Below are positions 58,671 to 64,000 of a stretch of DNA of 64,000 nt, in pieces. The stretch is from Octopus vulgaris. Taxonomy: Eukaryota. The notes beneath the pieces are model-generated. The model had not been told where the DNA came from, ran no database searches, and saw nothing but the letters and a program-made list of their open reading frames with translations. Numbering within the stretch: the first letter of the stretch is position 1; every line of letters starts with the position of its first letter. Both the position numbers and the translations under genes were made by a program. The stretch spans positions 9,734,001 through 9,798,000 of the forward strand of contig OX597829.1 of the NCBI GenBank assembly GCA_951406725.2. The letters are read 5' to 3'.

Positions 58671-58994
58671 AAGCGGAAAATCAATAAAAATTTAATGAAA
58701 CAAAAATGCAATGACTGGAGTCTCCAATGCAATTAAATCATTTCCAAATTACTTCATTGTTTCAACATAGCAAAGTAGAATAATCTAAATTTGTTAAGTA
58801 GTATGTATGTAAACTGTTCAAGAAGTGCGTATCTTAATTGGTTAATTACTATGAATCTAAACGATTAAATTAGTATGTCTAAATTAGTTAAATCTTATAT
58901 GCCTTAATTAATTTTTAACGCTATTACCTTGTGAAGATGGCAATACGTCATTACACCCCACAATAATTATGAATAATTATTTATACAAAAGCAT

Positions 58995-59197
58995 AAGGTG
59001 GCGAGCTAGCAGAATCGTTAGTACGCTGGACGAAATGCTTAGCGGTACGTTCTGAGTTCAAATTCCGCCGGGGTCGACCTTGTCTTTCATCCCTTCGGGG
59101 TCGATAAAATAAGTACCAGCGAAACACTGAAGTCGATGTCATCGACTCATCCCATCACTCTAAAAAATGATTGCCCTTGTGGCAAAATCTGAGATCT
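58995..59197 (+). mobile_element. SINE family A with ~18 bp TSD
   Basis: Head, core and tail type 2; TSD ttatttatacaaaagcat (58977-58994) / ttatttatacaaatacat (59198-59215). Confidence 0.92.
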
Positions 59198-59216
59198 TTA
59201 TTTATACAAATACATC

Positions 59217-59369
59217 TGCACAGGCATGACTGTGCGTTTGAGAACTTCGTCTTCGTATCCACGAGATTTTGATTCGATATACCTGCGTAGAACTTCAGCT
59301 TTGTAGGTTCTGCTACGTACGACTAATGTCTTGTGATTGAATGTGTGACTTTCCTAGACTAAAACTGTG

Positions 59370-59432
<63 letters not shown>

Positions 59433-59453
59433 TAAATATAAATATATGTGTGC

Positions 59454-59496
<43 letters not shown>

Positions 59497-59705
59497 TATG
59501 TGTTTGCGTGTACGTGTGCATATATATGCGTATGTTTCTCTGTCCATGCATTTTTGCCTTTGTCACTCACAATTTGACAACGAGTGTGTATTTGTCTGAG
59601 TTCCAGTAACTTGGCGGTTCGCCAAAAATAAAAAAGAGAGCCATTGCAATAAGTACTACACTTAAAATCGGCACCACGACAAAGGATAAAAGAATAAAAG
59701 AATAG
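59217..59705 (+). mobile_element. SINE family B, decayed
   Basis: gcacaggcatgactgtgc head, internal microsatellite, gtaacttggcggttcgccaaaa..aataagtacta. Confidence 0.7.
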
Positions 59706-61228
59706 AACTGTAATTCTCTTGGCAAATTTCATATTCAGCAATGTGTGGCATTTCTATTCCAGACAACCACTTATTTTCAGATGAAAGTGTGTAGTTTGAG
59801 GGACATTTGGCTGCTATATCTAGTCATGATTTCAGTTTTCATGTTGTTGATTCTATAATCAAAAGAAATCATCTTTATTTTTCGTGGACAGTATATACAA
59901 TACAAAACAACCGTCCAATTTTTTTAACATAAAGTCTTGTATATGTAAGGTCTTACCTGCTAGTTTTAGCTGGTCGAGCGACCACGTAAAATCTCTTTCA
60001 TTGAATCGATAATCATGTGTGTTTATGTGTATAATTTTAGTCAGTATTTGAGTGTGTGTATGTATGTATATGTGTGTGTGTGTGTGTGTGTATGAGAGTG
60101 TGTATTTATTGCATATTCATATAATGCAAACTGTCTGTAAGTATATGATAAATCATTCTGGCCGTGTCAGCGTTTATACAACAACGGTTCCAGTTTAATA
60201 GTGTTTTCTCAATGGTTGTCCGTCCGTTCTTCCGTACAATGCGGTCAAGAAAGAGGTGGACCGAGGAAAAAAAAAAAAAAGAAAATAAAAGAAAGAAAAG
60301 GAAGAAAGAAGCGAAGAGTACGTCTGTTCATATTGGAATTAGTTATATTAGATTAGGAGAAGACTGCCATTATCAATCCAGATGAAAACACAGTATGGTG
60401 CAGCTGGAGTGTGAACATTGACTAATAATAAAACGTCAAAATGTTGTTTGACCGAAAAGACTGGACGAATAAAAAGTCCTCCTATACAAAACTACACGTT
60501 CGAAGCAATAATATGGTTCGTTACTCCTATATTGACCATCTCTTTCTTTTTGTCTCTCTTTATCTCTATCTTTTGCTTGCCCTCTCTCTAAACTTCTCAC
60601 TCTCTACTTCTCCCTCTCTCCCACCCGCTTTCTTTATCTCTTTCTGTCTCTGTCGCGTTAGTTGTAGAATTCCAATTCCAAATGTGTTTAGATGTTTGCA
60701 CCCTGTCAACAAGGTCATCGTTTAGTAAACAGGCAACGGATGTTTAAAATATTGGCGCAATAGCAGAGCAAGCGACGAAGGAAAACGAAGAAAACAATAA
60801 AAGAAGAAGAAGAAAGAATTAAAGAAAAGATAGGGAAGAAAGAAAGACAGAAAGAATCGAGAAGAAAACGGCCTCAGACTAACTCAGGATACACAAAGAA
60901 TATGGCGGTCGTAATTCATCGATTATCAAACAATAGATATGATATGATGACCGTTGGAGTTAGTCTTTGATGTGTTCTACTCTGGATCGCACAAACATTA
61001 TCACTGCAAGAGATTAGCTGGTAAACGAACAGATAAATTAGAGGGGTCACTCATATTCTTTGATGTGTGTGTGTGTGTGATTTTGCAGTTTGTTTATATA
61101 ATGCGGTCGTCGTGGTTGATGACGGTGGATGTGGATGATCGTCACGGTTATGGCCATAGAAATATTAATAATTGTTGTTGTTGCTGTTACTTTTAAAGCT
61201 GTGGCGTTGACTGCAAACAGTCAAGTAC

Positions 61229-61269
<41 letters not shown>

Positions 61270-61463
61270 TATGCAAGTGTGTATGTGTGTGTGTGTAGAT
61301 TTTTGCATGAGCGTATCTTTGTATGTGTATAAATATATGTTTCCCAAAATACATAGGGAATGCATTTCTAAAGAGAATCTTACAGAGAGTTCCATAGAGA
61401 AGAGCAGAGTAGTATAGATTAATATAAAGCTACGTAAACTAACAGATTTATAAACAACTTGAG

Positions 61464-61506
<43 letters not shown>

Positions 61507-61507
<1 letters not shown>

Positions 61508-61685
61508 CCACTAAACCTTTTCTATTTTCTCTCCCTGGCAATTTCTGCTATTTCTATGTTACTTTCTGTCGAAGATCGTAGGCTCGAAACGTTAAAGACT
61601 TTTTCACTTCCCGAGCGTTATACTAATACATCTGTTTGCTGTTTACACACCCGCCTTCGTCTTTTGTTCTTCTTTTTGTAAATTC

Positions 61686-61689
<4 letters not shown>
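61507..61689 (+). mobile_element. Family H element inserted within a (TA)n tract
   Basis: cttt-CTGTCGA-A-GATC-GTAG-GCTC-GAAA-CG-TT-aaag at 61562-61597; (TA)n on both sides. Confidence 0.75.
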
Positions 61690-61748
<59 letters not shown>

Positions 61749-61789
61749 ATATTTGTGTATATATATAAAAATACATAGAAACACACACA

Positions 61790-61855
<66 letters not shown>

Positions 61856-62170
61856 CATGCAAATGCATATAATGTAAGGCAATCTATTGTAAAGGTCGGC
61901 AGAGTGTCAGATAGAGAGTATTGCAACATTTGTTTCCGCTCCCTGAGCTTCGTGTTTAAAACTTGTCGTGGTCATCTCCGCTTTTTTTTAATTATGGTTT
62001 TAATAAATAAATTCCCATATCACCACTCGTAGTCATCTCTCTCGTCCAACTGACACATCTTAAATGCGTCAAAGTGAAAGTGTCGAAAGTGCGTACGTCT
62101 AAGTCTCATCGCCCCTTTCGGGATATCTTCAAGGGATTAGCGAAAGCAAGGTGGATGTTCTATGCCCACG

Positions 62171-62272
62171 GGCATATGGCGTAGTGGTTAAGAACACGGG
62201 CTACTAACGCCAAGATTCCGAGTTCGATTCCAGGCAGTGACCTGAATAATAATAATAATAATAATAATGATG

Positions 62273-62322
<50 letters not shown>

Positions 62323-62462
62323 TATAATAATAATAAATGATAATAATAATAAATAATAATAACATCGAAAATACCTTAGGAATGAGAACCCAGGTTCGAA
62401 CTTTTCCCAAGACAACAAACAAGATGAGGACAAATATTCGTGCAATGTAAATAATGTAAATA
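62171..62462 (+). mobile_element. tRNA-headed SINE family E with internal (AAT)n
   Basis: A box TGGCGTAGTGG, B box GTTCGATTCC, (AAT)n, tail aacatcgaaaatacc..caaacaagatgaggacaaata..atgtaaataatgtaaata. Confidence 0.85.
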
Positions 62463-62684
62463 AAATGGACGTTGATAGCAAGTTAAATTTGATAATACGT
62501 GTTATGTGTATTAGTTTATACATATACTATTGCAGGTGTGGCTGTGTGGTAAGTAGCTTGCTTTCCAAATACATGGTTCCGAGTTCAGTATATATATATA
62601 TATAATGTATGTATGTATGTATGCATACATACATACATGTATGTATGTATGTATGTATGTATGTATGTATGTATGTATGTATGT

Positions 62685-62725
<41 letters not shown>

Positions 62726-62944
62726 CATATATGTATATATATATATATTAAACGAGATTAAACTAAATATTGCATTGAAATTGCTACATTCCTGGGCCGA
62801 AAATTTTAAATTGCTATCCACAAAATTGTAACATGGAACTGAAAAGAAGGAAGAATTACGTGTAACAGAAATCCACATTATGGTTTGATTTTCAGGAACG
62901 CGATGTTTCTCGGTCGTTGTTGCCGTTGTGGTTACTTTCGTTGT

Positions 62945-63440
62945 TATTTAATCCCGTGTCAACGTTAATCTACCCAATCTATGGTCAAACACGTTCCACC
63001 TTGGTCATATTGTTCTTTTGAATATCTAAGTCTACATTGCCGAATGTATCTTTTTTTCTTTTTTTTTTTAAAACTAATAGGGCAAGTCCTTAGCGGTTTA
63101 GTTGCTCTTTGTAGGATATCAAGCTACCAGATAAAGCCTTCTTTTTTGGCCCGTTATTCAACAGGTTGTTGTAGCAGTTATTTAAACAAGTCATGCTAAC
63201 TCTGAACGAGGAGACTTAAAATCAAGGCATTCCAGCTTTGACCATCAAGATTATTATTCAGAGACTAAGCTGGCATATGACCACAGACATTTCAACCGTG
63301 ACCATATAGCCGTTTTGGAAGTATCGAGACCTATACAGATAGACACTGCTTCGTGTTCTAAGCAGTTGAGTGTGGATTTGAGAGAGATAGGGACTGCTAT
63401 TTCCAGCGATATTACCTCTTCATTTAGGGCCCCCTATTTA
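62945..63440 (-). mobile_element. Cluster of tandem family D fragments
   Basis: Recurring ggcattccagc.ttgaccat / gacatttcaaccgtgaccat and gactgctatttccagc blocks. Confidence 0.55.
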
Positions 63441-63922
63441 GGTTAGATACGTGCAGGTACGTATGACGGCTTGACAAAAGGAGTTTGATTAACTAATTAA
63501 AGGAGGGGGGGTGACCGACTAAAACCTTGAGTGCGAAGCCCCAGCATGGCCACTACGACATAGTAAAATAAAACATATTTCCAAGTTTATTTAAATGTTA
63601 GGTCAGCTATTGACCCCCTCGCATGCGCGCGCGCACATGTGCACGCACACTCACACACACAAACACATACACAAATATGAGCAAGTGTATAAATTTATAT
63701 ACAGAAATGTATATATATATATGGGATATATGTAGAAAGAGAGGGGGAGGGAGAGAATAAGAAACAGTGAGAGGCAGATATATATATAGAGAGAGATATC
63801 AATATATACATACACACATACATTCATACATACATACACACATGCATGCATACATACATTCATACATATATACATTCATAAATTCATACGTATATATACA
63901 TATATGAAAATATACATATATA

Positions 63923-63958
<36 letters not shown>

Positions 63959-64000
63959 TGTATATATATATATATATATATATATGGAGGTATGTATGTA

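Noticed and set aside
62171-62245. tRNA gene
   Set aside because: A and B boxes are present but the acceptor stem does not close; the sequence continues into (AAT)n and a tail shared with another copy, so it is a SINE head.

Overview
AT-rich, repeat-dominated eukaryotic DNA. The SINE families and extreme microsatellite load look like an Octopus/coleoid cephalopod genome (inference, not database-checked). Almost every ORF in the supplied track is a translated microsatellite. There is no complete gene; two splice-flanked, phase-compatible candidate exons (9031-9169 and 42450-42579, + strand) may belong to one gene with a ~33 kb intron. The window holds at least five SINE-like families, a 5'-truncated R4/Dong-type LINE nested in the (TAA)n tract of a SINE, a Penelope-like (PLE) GIY-YIG remnant, decayed APE-type LINEs, a non-autonomous Helitron, a Helentron-type element and hAT MITEs. 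The most interesting signal is a set of minimal hammerhead ribozyme (HHR) motifs, mostly next to (TA)n tracts. One is a U3-A8 covariant HHR capping a ~280 bp fold-back element (47955-48233). Another is a four-copy family with a non-canonical CUGUNGA core. There is also a near-canonical minimal HHR at 14875-14909 and a tRNA-headed SINE whose tail carries half of a PLE-type hammerhead. All calls were made by eye; boundaries of decayed repeats are approximate.
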